The position numbers were made by a program, and so were the translations under genes. The notes under the pieces were generated by a model that worked only from the letters and a program-made list of their open reading frames with translations, did not search any database and was not told the origin of the DNA. Below, one piece after another: positions 18,605 to 27,068 of a stretch of 63,331 nt of DNA; position 1 is the first letter of the stretch, and every line of letters begins with the position of its first letter. Source of the DNA: Candidatus Parcubacteria bacterium (GTDB lineage: Bacteria > Patescibacteriota > Minisyncoccia > Phycocordibacterales > UBA918); NCBI GenBank assembly GCA_046050355.1, contig JBJOPW010000006.1:1-63331 (forward strand). Reading direction: 5' to 3'.

Positions 18605-19813
18605 ATGACGTACCAACACCATCCACGTTTTAATCCACCGTCAGTGAAATCAGTGGTTCAACCACTTCCGCGCCGACGTCGCCGTTTTCTATTTCTATCT
18701 CTGATCCTGCTGTTCGTCTGTGCGGTGCCGGTGTTTGTATTTTATGCTACTGGGTACCGCTATGATATTTTTGCTCCACACGGAGCAATTACCGCAACCG
18801 GCGGGTTGTATATTTCGGTAGGGGTTGAAGAAGGGGAGGTGTATCTTAATGAAACAAGGGTCGAAGATTCAAGAATTTTCCGCAGTGCTATCTATATTCA
18901 AAACATTATGCCTGGACTCCAGCGACTCCATGTACAAGCGCCGGGATATCATACTTGGGTAAAGGAACTCCCGGTTTATCCGCATATTGTGACAGAAGCA
19001 AGTGCTTTTATGTTGCCGCTCGTGCCTCAGGTGCGCCCGATTACAGAGTTCATCACCAGTACCGGGTCGCCGGTATATCTCGGGGTGAGTAGCACAACCG
19101 TGTTGTTCCCCAATGCCTCTGCTACGGTAGCTATTATGGCAACCAGTTCAAAGGCAACCACCACACTGACTCGCAATACTGAGTTCACATACGTTCGTGG
19201 TTTGTTTGGAACTACTACCGCTTCGACCTCTGCTCCGTTTATCAACCGCGTCGTGGACGAAGCTCGAGATATCTTTGAAACGAACAGTAATGCTACTACC
19301 AGTTCTTCGTCGGATACCGAATCAGCCACTACCACCATCATTGAGCGTGATGTCACCTTATTCCGTCGCGCAGATGATATCGTGGTCCGTTTTACTGGTA
19401 GTGAACGAAATATCCCGTACTACTTCTGTATCCCAGAGGATATGGTTGCTACCACGAGTGAGCGTTATGAAGCACAGGTGATAGCCGCTAGAAAAGCTTT
19501 AGCTGAAGAGCTTGAACTGGAGTCAGGACTCGAAACCACGACTACTGCTGAGCGTGAATGTCGGCGCGAAATTATGATTGACCGCCAGGAGCAAGACGTT
19601 ATCTCATTTTACTTTATGCCAGGCACCACTGATCTCGTTGTCCTGCACCGTCAGGATGGTGTGTTTGTGACCGAAGTGGATGATCGCGCTTGGCAGAATA
19701 CACAACCGCTTTACAAGGAGGGTGTCGATGCGGTGGTTGTTGACGGCGGACGCATCTTTGTGAAGGATGGTACGAACTACTTTGAATTACTTACTGAGTT
19801 GCCGACAACCTAA
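18605..19813 (+). CDS. membrane-anchored protein with PEGA-like domain
   Basis: N-terminal RRRRRFLFLSLILLFVCAVPVFVFY anchor. The segment GGLYISVGVEEGEVYLNETRV...LHVQAPGYHTWVKEL resembles a PEGA domain. A Thr/Ser-rich linker follows. Confidence 0.55.
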   Translation: MTYQHHPRFNPPSVKSVVQPLPRRRRRFLFLSLILLFVCAVPVFVFYATGYRYDIFAPHGAITATGGLYISVGVEEGEVYLNETRVEDSRIFRSAIYIQNIMPGLQRLHVQAPGYHTWVKELPVYPHIVTEASAFMLPLVPQVRPITEFITSTGSPVYLGVSSTTVLFPNASATVAIMATSSKATTTLTRNTEFTYVRGLFGTTTASTSAPFINRVVDEARDIFETNSNATTSSSSDTESATTTIIERDVTLFRRADDIVVRFTGSERNIPYYFCIPEDMVATTSERYEAQVIAARKALAEELELESGLETTTTAERECRREIMIDRQEQDVISFYFMPGTTDLVVLHRQDGVFVTEVDDRAWQNTQPLYKEGVDAVVVDGGRIFVKDGTNYFELLTELPTT

Positions 19814-19834
19814 AATGGGGTAGTATACGAGTAT

Positions 19835-20545
19835 ATGAAACCCGGACACATCCATCCGCTGTCGGCGATGATTGCCGAAATCAATAGTATCTTTGCGGAT
19901 ATTGGTTTTACTTTTGCTGAAGGACCAGAGCGCGAACTGATTAAACACAACTTTGACGACCTCAATGTGCCCAAAGATCATCCGTCCCGTGACATGCAAG
20001 ATACGTTTTATCTCTCAGATGATGATGCGCTTGTCATGCGTACCCATACATCACCGGTCCAAGTGCGACACATGCTCACCCATACACCCCCGATTCGGAT
20101 GATTTGTCCGGGTAAGGTTTTTCGTAATGAGGCTACTGATGCCACACATGAAGCCCAGTTCTTCCAGCTCGAAGGACTGATGGTCGACCGTGACGTCTCG
20201 CTCGCTCACATGAAAGGCGTGCTTGAATATTTCTTCTCACGTTTTTTTGGTGGGGAGGTGCAAGTGCGCTTTCGTCCGAGTTTCTTCCCATTTGTGGAGC
20301 CGGGGGTAGAGGTTGATATGATGATTGCGCCGACTGAGGGGAACAAGCTCTCTGGCCGCTGGATTGAGGTGATGGGAGCGGGCATGGTGCATCCGAACGT
20401 ACTGCGGGCAGCGAATATTGATCCGGAGGTCTACCAAGGCTTTGCTTTTGGAATGGGGATTGATCGACTTGGGGTACTCCGCTACGGCATTGATGATATT
20501 CGTCTTATGTATAATGGCGATTTGCGGTTTGTAAATCAGTTTTAG
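19835..20545 (+). CDS. pheS: phenylalanine--tRNA ligase alpha subunit (catalytic core only)
   Basis: HPLSAMIAEI, DHPSRDMQDTFY, FRNEATDATHEAQFFQLEG and GMGIDRL class II motifs. At 236 aa it lacks the usual N-terminal coiled-coil of about 100 aa. Confidence 0.92.
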   Translation: MKPGHIHPLSAMIAEINSIFADIGFTFAEGPERELIKHNFDDLNVPKDHPSRDMQDTFYLSDDDALVMRTHTSPVQVRHMLTHTPPIRMICPGKVFRNEATDATHEAQFFQLEGLMVDRDVSLAHMKGVLEYFFSRFFGGEVQVRFRPSFFPFVEPGVEVDMMIAPTEGNKLSGRWIEVMGAGMVHPNVLRAANIDPEVYQGFAFGMGIDRLGVLRYGIDDIRLMYNGDLRFVNQF

Positions 20546-20822
20546 TCCGTTAGAGATTATATGAGCTATTATGTCTACGTGCTTAAAAGTGAGAAGGATG
20601 GTAAGTTTTATACTGGCTGTACTAATGATTTACGAAAACGTTTTAACCAGCATTGCAAGGGACAAGTAACTTCTACTAAAGAAAGACTGCCCGTGCAAAT
20701 TGTGTACTACGAGATGTCGTTGGAACAAGGTGATGCATTTGCTCGTGAGAAGTATCTAAAAACAGGAATGGGCAAGAGGTATATTAATAACAGGCTAAAA
20801 CGTTTTCTATCTCTAACGGACT
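20544..20822 (+). mobile_element. inverted-repeat-bounded cassette carrying the GIY-YIG ORF (putative mobile or formerly mobile insertion)
   Basis: A perfect 15-bp inverted repeat, AGTCCGTTAGAGATA (20544-20558) and TATCTCTAACGGACT (20808-20822). The left arm overlaps the pheS stop. The right arm overlaps the GIY-YIG stop and ends 4 nt before the pheT ATG. Confidence 0.35.
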
Positions 20823-20824
20823 GA
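20561..20824 (+). CDS. GIY-YIG nuclease family protein (small, stand-alone)
   Basis: YYVYVLKSEKDGKFYTGCTNDLRKRFNQH carries the GIY..YIG-type motif with the conserved R and E(KYLK) region. 87 aa. It fills the pheS-pheT spacer exactly. Confidence 0.8.
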   Translation: MSYYVYVLKSEKDGKFYTGCTNDLRKRFNQHCKGQVTSTKERLPVQIVYYEMSLEQGDAFAREKYLKTGMGKRYINNRLKRFLSLTD

Positions 20825-20826
20825 AT

Positions 20827-22737
20827 ATGAAATTCTCTCACAATTGGCTCCAGACATTTTTTGCGACACCACTGCCAGCACCAGCGATGATTGAAGAGAA
20901 ACTTACCTTTCACTCCTCTGAAGTGGAAGAAGTGCTAACAGTAAGCGATGATACCGTCTACGACCTTAAGGTACTACCAGACAAATCAGCTTGGCTCTTG
21001 TCTCATCGGGGGCTAGCGAAAGAACTGTCGGTTATTTTAGATATGCCACTGAAACATGACCCAATACAGGGCAGTCTCGACTATGGCGCTACCCTCACTG
21101 ATGTCCGTGTGGTGCTTGATACGCCAACCTGCGATTTCTATGGAGCCGCTATCATCGAGGGGGTAAAGGTTAGTCCATCACCCGACTGGCTCAAAGCGCG
21201 ACTCGAAGCAATTGGGCAACGGTCGATTAATAACATTGTCGACGCCACTAACTACGTCATGTTTGAGCTTGGGCAACCCCTCCATGCTTTTGATGCCAAT
21301 ACGTTTACTAAAGACTCTGCCGGTACCCGCGAAGTGCGAGTACGAGCAGCTGTAGCTGGTGAGAAGCTCACCACCCTCAGTCAGGAAGAACTGACACTTA
21401 CAACCGACGACGCCGTCATTACCGACGGCGTGGCGGGTACCGTACTGGCGCTCGCAGGTGTGAAGGGTGGACTGCACTCAGGCGTGACCGCGGACACCAC
21501 CACCATCCTCCTTGAGGCTGCTCACTTTGACCGCGTCGCCACCCGCCTCGGGGCCCAACGGCACAAGCTTCCGACCGATGCCGCCAAGCGCTACGAAAAT
21601 GGTCTCTCCCGCAGTGTCACCCCCTATGGTCTCTTGGCCGGTGCCAAGTTGATTGCAGACATTGCCGGCGGGCAGGTGGTTGGTACCGCGACCGCGGGCG
21701 ACAGCACCGTACAGCGTGAGGCCGTCAGTGTGTCAGTAACCGATATCAATCGGGTGCTCGGTATTACCATTACGCCAACGGAAGTGATGAATATTTTAGG
21801 TCGCTTTGGCTACAGCGTGACGACCAATGGGATAGTCTGTACGGTTATTCCTCCGCACGAACGAGACGACATAGTACTCAAACAGGACTTGATTGAAGAG
21901 GTGGGGCGTATCTATGGACTTTCGAATATCGTCTCGATCCCGCCAACGCCAGCCCCGGTAGAAGAATTAAATACCCGTCACTACTACGCCGAAAAAATCC
22001 GTACCGTTTTGACTGGACTTAGCTTCTCAGAGGTCTATACCAGTTCGTTTCGTAACAAAGACATTGCTCATATCAAAAACGCCCTTGCGTCAGATAAGAG
22101 CTATCTCCGCAGTCGCCTCTTGGACAACCTCCTTGAAGTGCGGCAGAAAAATATCCCGTACCGTGATCTCCTCGGACTCTCGGCAGTGCAGGTATTTGAA
22201 ATTGGGACCGTCTTTGGTGCCACTGAAGAAGCATTCCATGTTGGTCTCGCTGTGCAGACGGGGACTGAGTACAAAGCAAAGGTGGATGATCCGCTTCTTT
22301 CGACTGCAGTAACTGCTCTTGAACAAGAGCTAGGCACCAAACTTACATTTGTGCATGAAGCGCCTGGCTATGTTGAGTTTTCGCTCGAGACAGTTTTGGC
22401 GGCATTACCACAACCAGTTGCTTACGAAGTCACCACCAAAGTACCGTCAATTTTATACAAACCGTTTTCGCTCTACCCGAGTGTCTCGCGTGATATTGCC
22501 ATGTGGGTGAGTGAAGGGACTGATATTGCCACCGTCGAATCCATTCTTACTAATGCCGCTGGTCCACTCCTTGTTTGTCTCACCCATCTTGATACATTTA
22601 CTAAGGAAGGGCGAACCTCACTCGCGTTTCGTTTGGTATTTCAGTCAAACGAAAAAACCCTCGACGGCGCGGAGGTAGACGAGCTGATGACAGCTGTCTA
22701 CTCCGGCGTCAAAGGCGCAGGGTGGGAGGCCAGATAG
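20827..22737 (+). CDS. pheT: phenylalanine--tRNA ligase beta subunit (short form)
   Basis: MKFSHNWL start, B3/4 and B5 region (DATNYVMFELGQPLHAFD) and a C-terminal anticodon-binding-like domain. At 636 aa it lacks the N-terminal tRNA-binding domain. Confidence 0.9.
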   Translation: MKFSHNWLQTFFATPLPAPAMIEEKLTFHSSEVEEVLTVSDDTVYDLKVLPDKSAWLLSHRGLAKELSVILDMPLKHDPIQGSLDYGATLTDVRVVLDTPTCDFYGAAIIEGVKVSPSPDWLKARLEAIGQRSINNIVDATNYVMFELGQPLHAFDANTFTKDSAGTREVRVRAAVAGEKLTTLSQEELTLTTDDAVITDGVAGTVLALAGVKGGLHSGVTADTTTILLEAAHFDRVATRLGAQRHKLPTDAAKRYENGLSRSVTPYGLLAGAKLIADIAGGQVVGTATAGDSTVQREAVSVSVTDINRVLGITITPTEVMNILGRFGYSVTTNGIVCTVIPPHERDDIVLKQDLIEEVGRIYGLSNIVSIPPTPAPVEELNTRHYYAEKIRTVLTGLSFSEVYTSSFRNKDIAHIKNALASDKSYLRSRLLDNLLEVRQKNIPYRDLLGLSAVQVFEIGTVFGATEEAFHVGLAVQTGTEYKAKVDDPLLSTAVTALEQELGTKLTFVHEAPGYVEFSLETVLAALPQPVAYEVTTKVPSILYKPFSLYPSVSRDIAMWVSEGTDIATVESILTNAAGPLLVCLTHLDTFTKEGRTSLAFRLVFQSNEKTLDGAEVDELMTAVYSGVKGAGWEAR

Positions 22738-22740
22738 GCC

Positions 22741-22974
22741 TCACTCAAGTTCGATGAGTTTTACTCGCGGCGGAGCAAAGGTGGTTAACGAACCCACAGC
22801 CGCCAAGGCATCGCTGTCGGTGAGAAAACGATGTGCGCCTTGAGGGGATACCTGACTGAGATAGTAGGTATTTTGCAGGGTTTCCCGTCGACGCCGGGTT
22901 TGCACAAAACCCACTACATGGCCACCTTGCCCGCGGCTTGGGAGGGACACTTCGACGATGATTTTCGGCGTCAT
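22741..22974 (-). CDS. hypothetical small protein (SD-led)
   Basis: ATG 22974 is preceded by AAGGTG (22984-22989, minus strand) at 9 nt. It looks GC-richer than its flanks by eye. No motif recognised. Confidence 0.45.
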   Translation of the reverse strand: MTPKIIVEVSLPSRGQGGHVVGFVQTRRRRETLQNTYYLSQVSPQGAHRFLTDSDALAAVGSLTTFAPPRVKLIELE

Positions 22975-23040
22975 AGTCTTTCGCACCTTCTGTCTGAAGA
23001 ACGTTTATAGAAGTGTATAAGATTTTTTTATACAAAACAA

Positions 23041-23111
23041 GCAGCAAAAAACCCCGGACGGCAGCGTCGTAGACTGCTTGCATGCAAGCAGTCTACGACA
23101 CTGTCGCGGGG
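23041..23111 (-). terminator. intrinsic terminator of 23124..23426
   Basis: A perfect 34-nt palindrome GTCGTAGACTGCTTGCA|TGCAAGCAGTCTACGAC (23066-23099) has outer CCCCG/CGGGG pairing. A T6 run follows on the minus strand. Confidence 0.8.
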
Positions 23112-23123
23112 CAGGAAAGTGCG

Positions 23124-23426
23124 CTAATCCGCATTCTCCTTCTTAGGTGGTTTTCTGGGTTGTGGCCTCCGAGTTGGACGAATTACATTATTTCGATGCA
23201 CCATTCCTTCGTAGGGGTAAATCTTTACTTTCTCACCAACAATACTTTTTGAGATACTTTTAGGACCAAAGTCTGGAGGTGCTACAAATAATCGTGCTTC
23301 AGTGACTGATTCCACCCAACCAGGCCCTGGGAATTTTGGTAGATAAATTGCGTAGCGATTGTCACCCCGAAAGAAAAACACGTTTCCCTCAGAGCGATAG
23401 GTAATGACAAAAAAACGTTGCGCCAT
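23124..23426 (-). CDS. hypothetical small protein (SD-led), basic Pro/Lys C-tail
   Basis: GGAGGA (23431-23436, minus strand) lies 4 nt before the ATG. A strong minus-strand terminator follows at 23041-23111. Confidence 0.55.
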   Translation of the reverse strand: MAQRFFVITYRSEGNVFFFRGDNRYAIYLPKFPGPGWVESVTEARLFVAPPDFGPKSISKSIVGEKVKIYPYEGMVHRNNVIRPTRRPQPRKPPKKENAD

Positions 23427-23536
23427 TTGCTCCTCCGAGGTTTGCGTCTAACACTAAAATACCATTAATGTACCTCGCCAGCAAGGCGTTTTTTTGCTAT
23501 ACTTAACTTCGTTATTTATCACATTTAGACACTGTT

Positions 23537-25645
23537 ATGGCAGCCAAAAAAGACACCTACGACGCATCATCCATCTCTGTTCTCGAAGGACTTGATCCAG
23601 TACGCAAGCGACCGGGTATGTACATCGGGACCACTGGTCCTGAAGGTCTCCACCACCTCATTTGGGAGGTGTTTGATAACTCTCGCGACGAGGCGATGGG
23701 TGGTTTTGCGAACCGCGTCGAGGTTTCCCTCCTTCCGGGCGGCTATGTTCGTGTTGTCGACAATGGTCGCGGTATTCCGGTTGATGTCCATAAGCAGACC
23801 GGTGTCTCTGCGCTTGAGACAATCCTCACCGTGCTCCATGCCGGTGGAAAGTTTGGTGGTGAAGGTTCTGGTTACAAAGTATCTGGTGGTCTTCATGGGG
23901 TGGGTGTGTCGGTGATGAACGCGCTCTCGACCCACGTGATTGTGGAGGTACACCGTGATGGTGCCTTCCACATGCAGGAGTACACCATTGGTAAGCCACG
24001 CTACAAGGTCAAGAAGGTTGGTGCCTCAAAATTGAAGGGTACTATCGTGACCTTCCAAGCGGACGCGAGTATCTTCCCCGAGACTGACTATGACTTCAAG
24101 AAGATTGTGACGCACTTGCGTCAACAAGCGTACTTGGTGAAGGCGATGCAGCTCTCGGTGATTGATGCTCGTGGTGTCTGTGGGGAAGCGGGCGCTGTCC
24201 ATGCCACATCTGACAAGTCTGTATCGAAGTTCCTCGAAGGACTCCGTGGTAAGCAGTATCTCTCAGACGAGCACCTCGAAGTCCCACACCAGCACTTCTA
24301 CTTCGAAGGGGGACTCCGCTCACTCGTAGCGTTTAACAACCAGTACCAGAAGCCAGTCCACAAAAACATCTTCTACATCGAGAAGAACAACATGGAAGGC
24401 GCAGTGCTTTCTGTTGAAGTTGCTCTCCAGTACGTTGATGATATTTCGTCACGTATTAGTGCCTTTGCGAACAATATCTACAATCCTGAGCATGGTACCC
24501 ATATCACCGGGTTCAAAACCGCGCTGACGCGTACCTTAAATAACTACGCCAAGAAGGGCAATTTCTTTAGTGTCAAAGACAAAGACGCAGGCTTCACGGG
24601 GGATGATGTGCTTGAGGGTATCACCGCGGTGGTCTCAGTGAAGATGCCCGAGATTCAATTTGAAGGACAGACGAAGGCAAAACTCGGATCGGTCGAAGCG
24701 CGTGGCGCAGTCGAAGCGGTCTTTGGTGACGCGTTTGCTACTTATCTTGAAGAGAATCCTGATGATGCAAAAGCCATCATTAACAAGGTAATTATCGCGG
24801 TAAAGGCGCGTAAAGCAGCGAAGGCTGCCAAAGATAGTGTGCTTCGTAAGGGGGCGCTTGAGGGGATGTCACTCCCGGGCAAGCTTGCTGACTGTCAGAG
24901 TAAGAAGGCAAGTGATTCAGAACTCTTTATTGTGGAGGGGGACTCAGCGGGTGGTAGTGCCAAGATGGGCCGTGACCGCAAGACACAGGCGATCTTGCCA
25001 CTACGCGGTAAGATCCTCAACGTCGAACGCGCGCGTATCGACAAGATGCTTGCCTCTGAACAGATCAAGAACCTCGTCATTGCGATGGGTACGGCGATAG
25101 GGGACGTGTTTGATATCGAAAAGCTTCGCTACCACAAGATCATTATTGCAACGGATGCCGACGTGGACGGGGCACATATTCGAACGCTCCTCCTCACGCT
25201 CTTCTACCGCTATTTCCGCCCACTGATTGACGCTGGCTATATCTACATCGCTCAGCCGCCACTGTACAAAATCCAAAAAGGCAAAGAAATAAAATATGCT
25301 TTCTCTGATGAAGAAAAGATACAGGTACTCAAAGGTATGGGTGAAGAGGATGTGGCTGAGGTAGCCGAAGGTGAAGATGGGGAAGAGGAGATCGAAGAAG
25401 AAACTGAAGTGGCAACAAAGAAAAACAGTCGTGTCCGCATCCAGCGGTACAAGGGTCTTGGTGAAATGAATCCTGAAGAACTCTGGGAAACCACCATGGA
25501 TCCGCAACACCGCATTTTGCTTCAGGTCACCATTGAAGACGCCGTCCAGGCCGACCGGGTATTCGATATTTTGATGGGGACGGATGTGAGTAATCGAAAG
25601 TCTTTCATTCAATCGAACGCTCGTCTCGCCACTCTCGATATTTAG
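23537..25645 (+). CDS. gyrB: DNA gyrase subunit B
   Basis: GLDPVRKRPGMYIG, GLHHLIWEVFDNSRDE, GGLHGVG, Toprim EL(F)IVEGDSAGGSA, PLRGKILNVE and IIATDADVDGAHI motifs. An acidic insert precedes QRYKGLGEMNPEELW. Confidence 0.95.
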   Translation: MAAKKDTYDASSISVLEGLDPVRKRPGMYIGTTGPEGLHHLIWEVFDNSRDEAMGGFANRVEVSLLPGGYVRVVDNGRGIPVDVHKQTGVSALETILTVLHAGGKFGGEGSGYKVSGGLHGVGVSVMNALSTHVIVEVHRDGAFHMQEYTIGKPRYKVKKVGASKLKGTIVTFQADASIFPETDYDFKKIVTHLRQQAYLVKAMQLSVIDARGVCGEAGAVHATSDKSVSKFLEGLRGKQYLSDEHLEVPHQHFYFEGGLRSLVAFNNQYQKPVHKNIFYIEKNNMEGAVLSVEVALQYVDDISSRISAFANNIYNPEHGTHITGFKTALTRTLNNYAKKGNFFSVKDKDAGFTGDDVLEGITAVVSVKMPEIQFEGQTKAKLGSVEARGAVEAVFGDAFATYLEENPDDAKAIINKVIIAVKARKAAKAAKDSVLRKGALEGMSLPGKLADCQSKKASDSELFIVEGDSAGGSAKMGRDRKTQAILPLRGKILNVERARIDKMLASEQIKNLVIAMGTAIGDVFDIEKLRYHKIIIATDADVDGAHIRTLLLTLFYRYFRPLIDAGYIYIAQPPLYKIQKGKEIKYAFSDEEKIQVLKGMGEEDVAEVAEGEDGEEEIEEETEVATKKNSRVRIQRYKGLGEMNPEELWETTMDPQHRILLQVTIEDAVQADRVFDILMGTDVSNRKSFIQSNARLATLDI

Positions 25646-25759
25646 CCAAATTTCTAGCATCTACTTTGTTGTTCATCGGTAAATATTTGTTCACCGTACC
25701 ACTAGTACGGCTCACAAATATTTCCTCGAACGCCTCGTAGCTGCAGAAAAATTTGGCTA
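25643..25759 (+). repeat. stem-closed intergenic module, copy A (after gyrB)
   Basis: The closing inverted repeat is TAGCCAAATTT/AAATTTGGCTA (11 bp, includes the gyrB TAG). Block 1 is ACTTTGTTGTTCATCG. An apical hairpin spans 25678-25725. Block 2 is TCCTCGAACGCCTCGT. Confidence 0.75.
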
Positions 25760-25786
25760 AATATAATTTGGTGAGCACGGAAGAAA

Positions 25787-25826
25787 CACAAAACCCGCTG
25801 GCTTGCCAGCGGGTTTTGTGTTTTTT
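25787..25826 (+). terminator. intrinsic terminator after gyrB (usable in both directions)
   Basis: CACAAAACCCGCTGGC-TT-GCCAGCGGGTTTTGTG is a 16-bp stem followed by TTTTTT. Confidence 0.85.
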
Positions 25827-25955
25827 AATCTCGCCTATAAATGAGCTTTTATCCTAGGCGCCAAGCGGTGAGAACCTGAGTCGTATTAAACATACGGTGA
25901 AGGTTCGAGTGTGTGCGGGCAACACCGGAGAAAGCCATTTAGAGGTGAGAGAGGG

Positions 25956-27011
25956 TTAGTCGACAATAGCAACGGCAGTCTCAAATTTGTTGTTGTTGTT
26001 ACGGTTACTGTCTGGAGTCACTGACACTTCGACATTGTAGCGCTTGGCGCCAGTATCGTCACCCATGGTGAAGCCGAGGGTAATGATGGCGCGTTCGTTT
26101 GGCTTCAGCGCCGCTTGTGATGGAGAGGTATACGTCTCGCCGTTGGGCAGCTTGGCACTGTAGGTCCAGGTGCTTGAGGTCTTCGTCCCAATATTTTTCA
26201 CTTCAAACTTAATAGCACCAGTTTCATCATTATCGATGACACCAGTATTCTTAAAGGTCTGACCCACAAGGACGCCACTACCGCCAAACGTGACTGCGAG
26301 ATCGGTAAAGCCCTTTGGATCAGAGGTTGGAATTCCATATACCGGCTTCTGGGTATATACCGGCTTTGTCGGGGTTGGTTTTGCTGGTGTTGTTGTAGTG
26401 GCTGGTTTGGTTGGCGCGGTTGGTTTTTCTGCTACGATTGGGGTAGTTGTTGCAGGAGTAGAGGTGGTGCTTGGAATCACGGCAATCCCTCCCGCAGAAA
26501 TCGTAGCATTAACAATGGTGATTGTTCCCTCGTCGCTCATGAGAGGGACTTCTTTGCCAGAAGGGATAAAGTCAATACGGTACTTAAGGTCGGTAAAGCG
26601 GTTCTTGGCTGATGATGCAATGATATCTACGGCACTAACACTACCAATATTGTAATTGGTATCACAGTTTAGAGCCTTAATGGCTCCAAGGCTATCGCGC
26701 ATATCAATAGCCATACCGTCAGTACACATGTATGAGAAAGCAAAAGTACCGGTACGCTTTGGCACATTCCAACTGATAGTTACTGACTCGCCGTCGCTGG
26801 CGGTACCCTTGGTACTCGCAGTCTCGAGTCCACGTGTGTCGTAACTATAGACACTGTCCGCGAGCGAGGCGAGGGAAGTGAAAGCGTTTGGTAATACCTT
26901 AACGAGCTGGATACCCAACCACGCGATAGCGATAATAAGGCCAATAAAACCGGCAATAGCAAGAGACTTCATAATGCCGTCTTTCTGCTGCTGTTCACGA
27001 TTGTTTGTCAT
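25956..27011 (-). CDS. N-terminally anchored surface protein with Thr/Pro-rich linker
   Basis: TM segment LAIAGFIGLIIAIAWLGIQLV, a central PSTTSTPATTTP...KPATTTTPAKPTPTKP linker and beta-rich flanking domains. The minus-strand promoter TTGACT-17-TAATAT lies 9 nt before the ATG. Confidence 0.65.
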   Translation of the reverse strand: MTNNREQQQKDGIMKSLAIAGFIGLIIAIAWLGIQLVKVLPNAFTSLASLADSVYSYDTRGLETASTKGTASDGESVTISWNVPKRTGTFAFSYMCTDGMAIDMRDSLGAIKALNCDTNYNIGSVSAVDIIASSAKNRFTDLKYRIDFIPSGKEVPLMSDEGTITIVNATISAGGIAVIPSTTSTPATTTPIVAEKPTAPTKPATTTTPAKPTPTKPVYTQKPVYGIPTSDPKGFTDLAVTFGGSGVLVGQTFKNTGVIDNDETGAIKFEVKNIGTKTSSTWTYSAKLPNGETYTSPSQAALKPNERAIITLGFTMGDDTGAKRYNVEVSVTPDSNRNNNNKFETAVAIVD

Positions 27012-27068
27012 AATGTGGGCATATTACCATACAATAATGCAAAAGTCAATAAAACGAAAAGCACGATA

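Noticed and set aside
25001-25660. A 219-aa ORF on the - strand.
   Set aside because: It is antisense to the 3' part of gyrB. It starts inside module copy A and is a shadow ORF with no motifs.
25830-25955. A possible small RNA in the 125-nt gap between the gyrB terminator and the end of 25956..27011.
   Set aside because: Only two weak imperfect hairpins (CGCCT/AGGCG; GAACC..GGTTC) are present, with no promoter-like element. The evidence is insufficient.
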